DNA from: Hemiscyllium ocellatum
Lineage: Eukaryota
Assembly (NCBI RefSeq): GCF_020745735.1
Contig: NC_083406.1
Coordinates: forward strand, 109,841,164-109,905,163
DNA length: 64,000 bases
Reading direction: 5' to 3'
The notes beneath the pieces were generated by a model. That model searched no databases. It was given only the letters and a program-made list of their open reading frames with translations, and was not told the origin of the DNA. This document shows positions 49,321-60,744 of this stretch, one piece after another (position 1 is the first letter of the stretch; the number at the start of each line of letters is the position of its first letter). Both the position numbers and the translations under genes were made by a program.

Positions 49321-49599
49321 TTCTAACACTCTCAAAGGTTTTGGCAACGTGAATACATTCTGTAATATTTTAATGAGATTTCCAACTAATACCATTGGCT
49401 ATATGACGACCCTCAGAAAACTGACCTAGTGGAAAATAGTGGGAATGGGCAATATCCCAAATTTTGGACAGCTATCCCCTGATACAACGAAGAGGCGCAA
49501 CTTAAAATCAGCCAAAGATCCCAAGTCTTTGAAATTCCTTAAATCTGTCAGTCCCTTCTTCCTGCATAGGAACAAACGATGACAATTTAACCCTTCAAT

Positions 49600-52150
49600 T
49601 GTGCACCTCCATCCAACGAATTCATGGATCATTTGTGATCTAACTCCCTAAATGAAAATAACCTTCAGGTGTTTAAAACCCAAGCGAAATATCAACAAGC
49701 CAACATGTTTTGTTTTTAATCACAATGACTCGGTGATTTAGCCTAATTCACCTGGGTTTCTCATCTTAAATTAAATTTAAAACTATAATATTAAAGATTT
49801 GTTTCTTAGGCCAACACAGGCAGCAGGTTCACAGATTTAAAATTATTTTTATTGGTGTGTGTGATTTGTCATTGAGACAGCTTCCAAATGGGGCTATGAA
49901 TGGGGAGATTTTAATCTGCATTTAATGGTTTATGCAAGGCAAAAGCGCCTTATAATTTAAATGTTCTTGCTTTGGATATCCTCCATAAAATGTAAGACTT
50001 TACCACATGTAGATAAAGTGAAGCATTCCAAGAACTTTTGTTTTATTGGCCTTAATTGACCTAGGGAGTAATGCAGACTGGATGTTCATGGCTTTGAGAA
50101 CAGCCACCAGCAGGCTGCACAATCTGCAATTAAAATGCAGCACAGCTACCTCAGATTCAAGGTCCCATTTTACATCATCCTCTGAAATCCCCTGAAAGAA
50201 TTGTTTTTTTTTTCTTGGGGGGCAGGTTTCTTCAGAACAGAAGCAGCAATAATGGCCCATCTGGCTGATTTCAACATGAAAGATTAAATTAATATACAGT
50301 ATGAAGGCCTTCCATTCAATTGCAAATGCATCAAGAACTTAAAGACTCATTGGCCAAAGCTGTCATTTATGATGAAGAAGTAATTATGAGGGTCCCTCAT
50401 GGAAATGTACCCTAGGCAGTTGACTGGCACATGCACCAATGACAACAAATTTACAAAGGAAGACTTATGCCGGGGGGAGGAAGACGGAAAGAGAGGTAAC
50501 TCCTCGGCTAATCTGTGAAATCCTTTATGTCCAGCAAAGCTATTAATACTGGAACACCTATTAGAAAAAATAAACTTCAAGCCTGCTTCACAGGTCAAGT
50601 ACAGATCCTAAATGTTCTGTGTGATTTTTGTCAAGTTTTCACCAGCTTGATAGGGGGAAATCTAATCGACTATTACATGAAGCAGATCGAAGTGACATAC
50701 AGCTCAGAGCGAATCTTACCCCATGAGGTATTAGTGTACTGCAATATGATCAAAACATTTTATGGCGACTGCAATAAGCAGGAAATATGAATGGATTATT
50801 ATATTCTGGGCACTGTCACAGTTCCTTTGTGTTCTCAGAAGTAGGACATTGACAGATGGTATCGTGAATTGCACAAGGAAAAGCTCCAATTTGTTCACTT
50901 GAGTTCATTGATGTTGTTTAAGTCAGCAGCATCAAGTGGGTGGTTTGGTGGCAAGTTGTCAGATTGATCGTGCTCTCTAGGTCCTTACTGTTATTATCTC
51001 TACAGTCGCCTTGTTAGATCAGCGTTTCTGCTGTTCCTCTGCCACGCTCTCTGAAGTACGGCCTCCAGTTTGTTTTGTTGCTAAATTTGTTTCTTGTAGC
51101 ATTTTTGTTTGCCTTTAGATCATTCTGAAGTCTGGTCAATGCATGAACCCCATTACTGTGGACACAATAAAATCAACATGAGTTCACCACACCAAAAGTT
51201 TGCTGTCCTTTCCTGGTTTTGTTTTTATGCTCTTTTCAGTGAGATCAAAGAGTCGTTTCAGCTCTAATTAACAAAACTAATGCAGATCACAGACCTGCTG
51301 GTACCGAGCAGAACCTTTGAGGATGCAAGCGGAAGATTTTGAAGATTTAAATAATTAATATGACACTTTGGGGCTCCATGTGCTGAAAGGGAGAGAACAA
51401 AACCAAGAGAGGTCTAAGCTCAGGTCTATAACAACGTCAAGGCGGGGTTTAATATGATTTGCTGCGATGAAAATGAGCTACACAGAGATTCTTATGAGCC
51501 ACAGTGTGCGGTGCAAAGGCAGTTGCTGATTTTGTGCTTGCTTTTGTCATGTTAAGTGAGCCCTCACGTCTGGCTATAGTTCCAGCCATGATAGTCTGCT
51601 TCAGTCGAGGAGATGGGGAGGGGAGGAAAAATCTGCTTTGGGGAGCTGAAGGTTGGTCATTTAATGGTTCTTAATCCTCTTAATCCACATCACAATAGGG
51701 ATTTATGAAAACAAAAAGAAAAATCTAAAATCCCCCATTCTGTATCAATCCTTACAACTCAAAACCTGGGCCTGTCAGTTATACACAAACTACAAGGCAC
51801 ACATATTTTCAAATATCCTAACTTTCTGTGTTTTCTTTTTGGTGTTATTTCTGTCTTAAATCACATTTTTAAACAATTACATACAATTTGTTGGCGCCAA
51901 TTACCCTCAACCAAATCTGTAAACAATTTGGTGTTTTTTTCCCTTCACGGCCTACATATGTAAATCTTCCTTCTGCTCAGCAGAGAACTATTGTTGCCCC
52001 AAGCTGTTTGCCACCACTAAATTGTTTTCTTGCTTCTAATCCCCTATTCAATCTGGCACTCTTTATACAAATTAATTCTACATTGTTGACATAATCACAC
52101 CTAAGCCGTTCGACTCACTTCATTATTAGTCCATAAAGGCTGCATTTTTT
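49600..52150. promoter_or_regulatory. Repeat-free island, candidate conserved non-coding/enhancer cluster
   Basis: No recognisable TE over about 2.5 kb; many TTTAT(G/T)G / CATAAA motifs, AGATCAAAG at 51242, retained CpGs at 51000-51610. Confidence 0.4.
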
Positions 52151-53600
52151 TGAATAATCGTCAAGCAAACCAACATTTCACTCAGATCCTCTTCGTCCTG
52201 GGAGTGGAAATCACAGACCCTGGACTGCTACCACTATTGGAGCTGGAAAATGCTTAATAATCAAACTCAGTTGTGAGATGGAGGAAATGAATAGTCCTGT
52301 GGATCGATGGTATGGCAAAGGCAGTGATGGCAATTTTAAGGCAGAATGGGCTTTCAGCAGGGGCTGGGTGTGGGTGGGTGATTGAGAATTGCACTTGTTC
52401 ATTCACCTTCAGGTATTTTGAGTCCCTCGGTCATGGCTCCTTCGTGTCCAGATCATCACCAAGAGCGACCATTGCTGGGGGTAGTGTTGCGTGACCTTTG
52501 ATCACCCTCTGGGTTAATTGCTGGGAGACGGTTGCAAGGAGTTGTTCAGAGAGCAGGAAGTCTCACGCATTGTCTGTTTCTCTTGATGCCCAAAGGAAAC
52601 AATTTGGATTTTAGCTAGGAGAACTTCTTGTCCTCATCACCAATTGTTTCAGGCAGAACAGTGACTCCAGTTAAAAACTGTACAGAATCCTTCAACAGTA
52701 ATACGATGTGTGGGTGTATACATTCATGTGGTTCCAAACAGATAACACATCTGCCTCCAAACTCCTACAGCTTAAATACAAAAAAAATGACCATTAAGCC
52801 ATTCAGAGTCAGTAAGTTACCTGCCAGATTTGAACAGTTCTGTTTACATGGTCTTCGCCAAGCACATTGGGTTAAAATTGATTGCTGGATGGAATTAGGA
52901 TGTAGATTGGAATGGGAAAGGAATTGATTGCATCTGAGAAAGGAATGCAGTCATCCAGAAATGTGATCCCCTTCATCCGGCAAGTGGGCTCCCCCAAGTT
53001 ACGTGAGTAGTCTTGAGAAAGAGCATCTCATCTTGCTAATGGGCATTTATTCAAACCTTTGTCCTTCCCTCTTAAATTTAACAACTGCAGATTTTGACCA
53101 TACACTTCTCTCTCTGGGAGTAGGTGTCAGGATGGTTTCTGGGTTGCGGACAGGTTTGTTAGGGGTGGGTGGTTTGTCTGGTGGAAGGGAGCTTGAAATG
53201 GTGTCCACCACTGTCTCTTTCCTGACTCGCCCTTCTCACTCTTCACCGCTATTGACACTTAGTTAGCTATTCACCAATTTCCTGGGCCAGGTTCGTTGCA
53301 TGGGCTCAGGTACCAGGAGCGAGTACTCAGGTACTCAGGTACCAGCCTGGACGAGTTCTGGGTATCAGACCATCATCCCCTCCTCTGTCAAATGGCAATG
53401 CCACCAATATGGCTAATTTCAAATGTAGGTAGATTGATAGGGCAGGAGAAGGTACTCAGCACCAGGTGAGCCTCTAGAAAACACAAGGTGTCTGCCTGGC
53501 ATCAGAGGTAAAAGCTGGCAGTTGGTAGATGCTCGAAGGGATGTTGCTGCCTTACCAACAAGGATGAGGTGGAATAAAGTGGAGAGCTCCAAGAAGGGTA

Positions 53601-53937
53601 CGGTGGGCGGCACGGTGGGCAGCACGGTGGCACAGTGGTTAGCACTGCTGCCTCACAGCACCAGAGACCCGGGTTCAATTCCCGCCTCAGGCGACTGACT
53701 GTGTGGAGTTTGCACGTTCTCCCCGTGTCTGCGTGGGTTTCCTCCGGGTGCCCCGGTTTCCTTCCACAGTCCAAAGATGTGCGGGTCAGGTGAATTGGCC
53801 ATGCTAAATTGCCCGTAGTGTTAGGTAAGGGGTAAATGTAGGGGTATGAGTGGGTTGCGCTTCGGCGGGTCAGTGTGGACATGTTGGGCCGAAGGGCCTG
53901 TTTCCACACTGTAAGTAATCTAATCTAATCTAATCTG
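53601..53937 (+). mobile_element. Young full-length HE1-type V-SINE with duplicated 5' end
   Basis: TSD aagggta at 53594-53600 and 53942-53948; gggc(g/a)gcacggt repeated. Confidence 0.93.
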
Positions 53938-54534
53938 AAAAAAAGGGTAGGAGATGTCCCAGTGTCAATGCATGTTGGTCCCATTCAGTGGGTTTAAAAC
54001 CTAAATGAAACAATTTGCTGGGGCCCTGCAGGAGAAACGATAGCACAGGAAGTGGGCTCGCTACATTAACATTTAAAAGCTCGAGAGGCAATCAGAAAGG
54101 CCCCTTTACAAGTCCCTTAAGAAGCTTCATCCAGAAAAAGTGGCGACTGATGGTGTAAGTATCTTAGCCGCTGCAGGAAGCAGCCTTTCCAATGCATCAC
54201 CTGAGTGCTCTCCTTCTCAGAGGTCAGGGGGAGAACGTGTTGATTGTGTCGCTCACTTGACCTGCCATCCATTGGTATCTGTGAGACACGAGAGAGGGAA
54301 TTGCAAACAGAAAGTGCTGGGAAAACTCAGCAGTTCTGGTGGCGTCATGTGGAGATAAAGCTGGGTTAACGTGTTGGTCCGCTGACCCTTCTTTAGAAAG
54401 AGGGAATGTCATGAGTAATGGGTACAAGTGATGGCTGGTTAAAATGGCATGTGCATAGTGGGGTAATGGGGGTGGGGGAGAGGGTGGTATGCCAATGGAC
54501 AAGGGTTAGTTGCTGAGATGCTATGGAGCTGTGC

Positions 54535-55065
54535 CAGTCTTCTCCTGCCAATGACAAGATACCTCATAAGGAGTGAAGAGCCAAATGACTGGCTCTGCCC
54601 ATGTTGGCCTATTCCCACCTATTATGGGCTGCTTTTTTTCTCTGGAGTATCAGAAAGCAGAGGTGGGTGAGGTAGGTGGGAACCTGAGTGCGGGTGGAAT
54701 GAGATGAAAGTAGGTGGTACCATTGCTGGGTGCAAGTAGGGTCAGGTTGGTGGCGTTCACTGAATGAGTGTGTAGGCAACATAGAGGGTTAGTGATTTTG
54801 GGGAATTGGATGAACAAGAGGTTATGAGGCTAGATTTAGCATGCAACAGTGAAAATGGTGGAGCGTGAGCCCTAGTGAGAGGTGGGTGCAGTGACAGAGA
54901 GAAGATGGTGTTACTTACCCCCAACAGAGGAGGAGAGGTCAGTCAGCCTCTTCCTGCGCTGTTGGCCATTTCTCCGGTGGCAATCACAAAGCAGGCTGGT
55001 AAGATCTCTTCCAATGATCTGCACCACTCTGTTCCCAAGAGTTTCTAGGTCCCTGTCTGTTTCTA
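54535..55065 (-). pseudogene. Harbinger-type Myb/SANT-like two-exon gene relic
   Basis: Exon 1 DRDLETL..V..RRNGQQRRKRLTDL then GTAAGT (54913-54918); acceptor ctttctgatactccag; exon 2 KKAAHNRWE*..TPYE..LAGED. Confidence 0.6.
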
Positions 55066-55314
55066 AGAGATTGTGTGCAAAGCAGCCCCAGAATGCCAGT
55101 GGTTGACTGAATGCAATTGTGTTTTAAAGTTAATGCCAAGGATTCCAATCTCTTCCTCAGCATCTGGCCATTGATGATAACTTCTGAATAGTGACAGATG
55201 GGAGAGGTGCCATAAGTAGTTCATGAGATGAGCTTGGGATGACAAAACGGGAAAAATTACTCAAACTCTTGGAGAGAAACCCTCTATGAAGCTACATAAA
55301 AATTACATTTAGAC

Positions 55315-56640
55315 AAAATATCACTGGGTTTCTTGGGATGGCAGGGCTAACAATTGAAGAGAAGCTGGATAGGTATATTTACAGGAGTTAGGAGTTAGGA
55401 AGAATGAAGGGGGATGTTATAGAAGTCAACAAAAGCCAACAAAACTCTAACAGGATCAGAAAAGGTAAATGGAGGATGGATATTCCTGATGACCGGGAAG
55501 TACAAAACCAGGAATCATATTCTAAAGATACAGGGAAGGCTGAGTTGAGGAGAAATTCCTTCACTCAGAGAGTGGTGACCCTGCAGAATTTGTCACCGCA
55601 GTTAAGGTCAAAACATTGAAGGAGTTTTGAAGAAGGGATTAAATATAATTCTTTGAACTAAAGGGTGTGGGGAGAAAGAGGGCACAGGGGATTAGTAAGA
55701 TGATCAGCCACGACCTTGTAGAATGGTTGAGCAGCCTTGAAAGACCGAATGTCTTTCTCCTGCTGCTACTTTCTATGATTTTATGTGTTTGTTCAGCCCA
55801 ATGTCTTTCACCTCTCTTTCATTTTACTCGAATAGAGGAAAAGAAGCCATTTCCAGTGGCGAAAGATATCATGAAAAATCATCGAGGAAGGCAAGGTATA
55901 AAATTTCTCTTTACACAATGAGGAATGCACTGCCTGATAGGATGGTGGAAGCAAATTCATTGGTAACTTTCAAAGGAGGATTGAGTAAAAGCTATGAAAG
56001 GGGAAATTTACAAGCTGTGTGGAAAGGGCAGGGGAGTGGGAGTCATGGAACTGCTATTTCAAACAGCACGATGGACACAATGGCCCCCATCTGTTCTGTA
56101 AAATTTTATCTTCAACAGTTTTCTAACCAATGAATGAAAGTTCCTACAAGGAAAGTAATCAACACAACAAAATATATTCATAGAGTCAGGCAGGTGTACA
56201 GCATGGAAACAGGCCCTTCGGCCCAACTTGTCAATGCCACCCAGTTTTCACAATTAAGCTAGTTCAATTTTCCTGTATTTGGTCCATATCCCTCAATAAC
56301 TATCCCCTGCATTTACCTGCCCAAATGTTTCTTAAACGACAAAATCATTTTCATCTCTACCACTACCTCAGACAGACACTCACCATCCTCTGATTTAAAA
56401 AATTGCTCCTCTGAACCATTTTGTATCTCTCCCCTCTCAAATGCCCTCTCCCCTATTTTAGACTCCAGTATCATGAGAAAAAGCTGCCGGTTATCTACTT
56501 AGCCATGCCTCTCATGATTTTATAAACCTTTATAAGGTCACATTTCAGTCTCCTGTGATCCAGCTTATCCAGCCTGTCCTTATAAGTCAAACCCTTCAGT
56601 CCAGGTACCATCCTAGTAAATCTTTTCTGCACTCTTTATA
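55315..56640. mobile_element. Three CR1 3' fragments (55315-55785 +, 55830-56105 +, 56178-56640 -)
   Basis: LRRNSFTQRVV, NALPDRMVEA and antisense tail ggaaacaggcccttcggcccaac. Confidence 0.75.
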
Positions 56641-56889
56641 ATTTCTCTTTCTCATGGATATTGTCATCAAAAGTACCTTGGAATTTATTCTTTAATTCTG
56701 AGAGATTCCAAGACCTTCACCAAGTTGACATGTCCTCCAGTCGGACACTCCTCAGAACTTTCTGTTCTTTTTGTTGTGTTTTCCATGTCTTCTTCTCTCC
56801 CTTTCTCCTACACTGTTTCTCTCCAATCAGCTGTGATTCCATCCTGTCCAAAGGAAGCCAAGACGAGAAACAGGGACTGACTATCTCTT

Positions 56890-56987
56890 GAGTCTGAAGA
56901 AGAATCATACCAGACTCGAAACAATAACTCTGTTTCTCTCTCCACGAATGCTGCCAGACCTGCTGAGTTTCTGCAGCATTCTCTGTA
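56890..56987 (+). mobile_element. Penelope family B terminal repeat with hammerhead-like core
   Basis: gagt-CTGAAGA-A-gaatc atacca gactc-GAAA-caa-TA-actc. Confidence 0.7.
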
Positions 56988-57554
56988 CTAGTTACTGACT
57001 GTGCTGTGTTTTCCTGCAGTTGCAGATTAATGTCTGCGATTCCTTTTAACAGCCCATGCATCTTTATCTCCTGGACCCTAACAGACTTTCTGTGCATTTG
57101 TAAACCATTCTCTGTTCAGTTCCTTTCTGCCTTTATGAATATCATTAATTTTATCTTAATTGAAACAATTATGAGAAAATGAAATATTAATTCTCAAACT
57201 TTGAAAGATTTTTTTTGTCATGAGAATTGATGTAAAATGTTTGTCTTGGTTCCAGGGTGTCCTGTAGTTAAATAAAATCTTAAAACGTTGTCACAAGGAC
57301 ATTGTCTAATTCAATTTAGGCACTGAACCCGTGAAATGACATTGAGGAAAGGTTTGTTAAAGAGTAAGGTTTTGAACAAGAGCAAGAGAGAGTTGCAGGG
57401 GTTTATAGTGCATTATGACTCACAATCAGTGTATCTTTAAGAGACATGTTCATGACATTGTCATGTGACCTCAGCATTTGAAGGGCTCATTCCCATTTTC
57501 TGTGAGGTGATGTGAAGCAGGAGATCATTACTGGATGCAAACTGCTCAGATTTG

Positions 57555-58295
57555 CTTCATTCAGAGGATCTGGCCTTCGCTGGCTGGGTCAGTATTTGTT
57601 GCCCATCATTAGTTGTCATCAACTCAACCAGGTGATGTTGAGCTACCTTCTTGAACCACTCAATGCACTTGATATTGGTAGACTGACATGCTGTTAGGGA
57701 GGGAGTTCCAGGATTTTGACCCAACGACATTGGTACATTTCCAAGTCAGGATGTCTTGGAGAGGGAGCATGCACATGGTGGTATTTCCACATATCTGTTG
57801 CCCTATTCCTTCTAACTGGGATTGTGGAGTTTGGAAGATGCTATCTGAGGAGCCTCGGTGAGTTTCAGCAGTGCATCTTGTAGATGGTGCACACTGCTAC
57901 TAATGAGCACTGATGGTGGAAACTATGGAGATGGTAGCAATCAAGCAGTCTGCTTTGTCAAGCTTCTTGAGTAGTGTTACAGTTGCCCCCATCTAGGCAA
58001 ATGGAGAATATTCCATCCCACTCCAGGCTTGTGGCAATTTGATGTGGACAGGCTTTGGGAAATGAGGAGGTGAGTTACATGCTGCAAGATCCTTAGCCTC
58101 TGACCTGCTGTTGTAGCAACTGTATTTATATGGCTGGTCCACTTCGGTTTCTGATCAATGCTAACCCCCAGGATATTGATCATGGGGGATTCAGCGATGG
58201 TAATGCCATTGAATGACAAGGAATGATTCTCTCTTGTTGGAGGTGGTCATTACTTGGTGCTGGATCGGCACAAGCTTTAATTTGCACTTGTCACC
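57555..58295 (-). mobile_element. 3' part of the tRNA-headed CR1-group LINE
   Basis: ORF 57977-58219 GITIAESPMINILGVSIDQK..INTVATTAGQRL; SKSWNSLPNS; tail shared with the SINE family. Confidence 0.85.
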
Positions 58296-58319
58296 TGTGT
58301 GGAATAATCATGACTTAAT

Positions 58320-58545
58320 GCACACCATTGAGTTTCCTTTAGATTTGACAAGGGCCAGTGGCCTTTGGTTTTAATAGTTCTCCGGCACAAGTTCCAAGAA
58401 TAATAACTTGCCTGCTGTGACAAAATTCCAAGGTTTGTCCTTTGTAATGTGTTGCTTTCAATGTTTGCTGAGCATTTTCCAACTGCTTTTTGGCCAACTC
58501 AAAATATTGGTTAGGTTTTCTTGTAAACATGACATAGATCTTAAG
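58320..58545 (-). mobile_element. Gypsy-like integrase C-terminal relic
   Basis: ORF 58339-58530 ELAKKQLENAQQTLK..F...QV...GELLKPKATGPCQI, resembling the region leading to the GPY/F motif. Confidence 0.55.
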
Positions 58546-58744
58546 TCTTACTGGAATACTATTCCTTAATCATGATGTCATGCTTTTACATATTTTTCTA
58601 ACTTCAGTTATTAAAACCATTGATCCCACAATCTTTCTTTACTCTTACAAATGCTACATATGCCTGATGAGATTTCAGGGACAAGCTCTTAAGCATTGAG
58701 TATTGTTATTTTATTAGCTTTATAGCCTGCACCTTTTTTTTAAA

Positions 58745-59000
58745 CATACAGCATGGAAATGGACCTTTCAGTCCAATTAGTCCATGTTGACCATGTTCCC
58801 AAACTAAACTAGTCCTACCTGCCTGCGCTTGGCACGTATCCCTCCAATCCTTTTCTATTAATGAACTGATACAAATGTCTTTAAACGCTGTGCTGTACCT
58901 GCACACATCACTTCCTCTACAGCTCATTCCACACATCAACCACACTGAGTAAAAGAAATTGCCCCCACATGTCCTTTTTAAAACTTTCTCCTCTCACCTC
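58745..59000 (-). mobile_element. CR1 3' end
   Basis: Antisense tail cagcatggaaatggacctttcagtccaa. Confidence 0.8.
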
Positions 59001-59219
59001 CAAAACACACCCCCAACCTGGCATACACATTCAAGTCTACATATATATCAAAACATTCAATAACTTTAAGATATGAGAGTCACTTGGTCACTGAATCTCA
59101 AAGATTTATCTTCAAATGAGGGATATGACAACTCCATCCTTTGTAAATTTAAGCACTTGACTCAGATTTCTGCTTAAACCAAATCCCTCATTACAATCAG
59201 TCATCATCTGATCCGTTCT

Positions 59220-59520
59220 ATGTTGCTTTCCTCTCAGCTTTTGTTTTAAGTCATGTTTCTGAGTTCCTCTTCTCTCTGAATTTCAAGCTTTTTCAACTCC
59301 ATTTCCTTTTTATATTTCCTCTCTTCATTTACCTTTGTTTTTCCTCATCCTTGTTTTCCATTCTTTTGCTTTTTCTGTTCTATATCATTTTAACACTTTC
59401 CGATTTTCAGTTCTTTTTTCCACGTTTTCTTCTTATTCAAGCTTTTGTAAAAGAGATTCTAACTGAATTTTAGCTAATTCTGGTGGTGACAAATCAATTT
59501 AATCTTTTCTTCCTTTCAGA
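59220..59520 (+). repeat. Pyrimidine-rich low-complexity tract
   Basis: About 300 bp of T/C runs. Confidence 0.7.
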
Positions 59521-60744
59521 TCTAAGTGTTTGGTTCACACTTTAAGCATTCCATTCTCATGAGACCCTCCATTTATTTTTACCTTCAATTCATGTGCTCA
59601 CCCTTACAGCCTAGCATCAGACAGAGATTTCAAGTAATCCATTGTCATACTTATTACTCCCAGAAGAGCCTTAGTGACAGTCAAATCCATTTTTAAATTT
59701 CACTCTATGTAATACTACACAACAGCTCCTGTTTTATGCTTAACACCTGCACATACTCATTTCTTCAAAATATTCTCAGACTCCACTTGCATTCACTGAA
59801 TCTCAATTCAGAGGGAACTCTCTTTGTTATGATCTCTGATGATGGTAGTACTGAACAAGCCAGAACCCAGAGTAAAACCTGATGTGATAGACAATAAGGG
59901 CATGATTAGCTGAAAAGCCCCTTTCTGTGCTATAACTTGTCTCTACGTTTTGTTTTTTTTTGCAATTTAGTAGGTATGATGGTCAGTCATTAAACATATT
60001 CATAAGAAGCTGTCAATACACTTCTAACAAAAGACCATCAAAATTTACTACATGCAAAAGGAAATTTGTTAAAGGTTATTATACATTTCATAACATTTAT
60101 TTGAAATGGTCTTAACACAAATATCAGTGTTAAGATTCAAACATTTTCCCCTCAACAACAGCCTTACAGATGCCTAACCTCAATGAGGAATTATCTTGCT
60201 TCAAGTTCCTTATTCAGTTAGAAAAACTGTACTTAGATTCTATCCAGCAGACTTCTGCATCCACTAGATACTAGCTTTTTTAGTTAATATCTTTGCATGA
60301 CATCCTTAAGCAAACTGCTAATACAGCTCATTTATTCCTTAACATGGGTTCAGGCATTCACTGGGGGTACGGCCATTTGGATTCAGAAACTGAGCCTGCA
60401 ACTCTCTCTGGAAGAGAGTTCTACCTCACCTTCCATCCTCATCTGAATTGCAAGTGTGCCTTAGAAATTAAATATGGCTGCCACCAGACCCAGACTGGGT
60501 AGAGTAAATGTTTTTGTTTTATTTCTCTGACGGAGTGGGCTCACCGTGTGAGCAATATGAGGCCTTCAAAGGGCAATTGCATTAACCCTGCACTCATCCA
60601 GTACAGATTACTAGGATTAATTTGTAATGTTCAATGGCAAGATTTGTAGTTGACAATCCTGGTCACTTCATGAGATTTACATGCAGAATTTCTATGCAAA
60701 ATTTACAGCTCACCTGAAAATACTTCCACTTCACAGCCATGAGA

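Noticed and set aside
59474-59540. Strong-looking splice acceptor (cttttcttcctttcag) after the pyrimidine tract
   Set aside because: No convincing downstream coding frame or donor; such sites arise by chance in low-complexity DNA.
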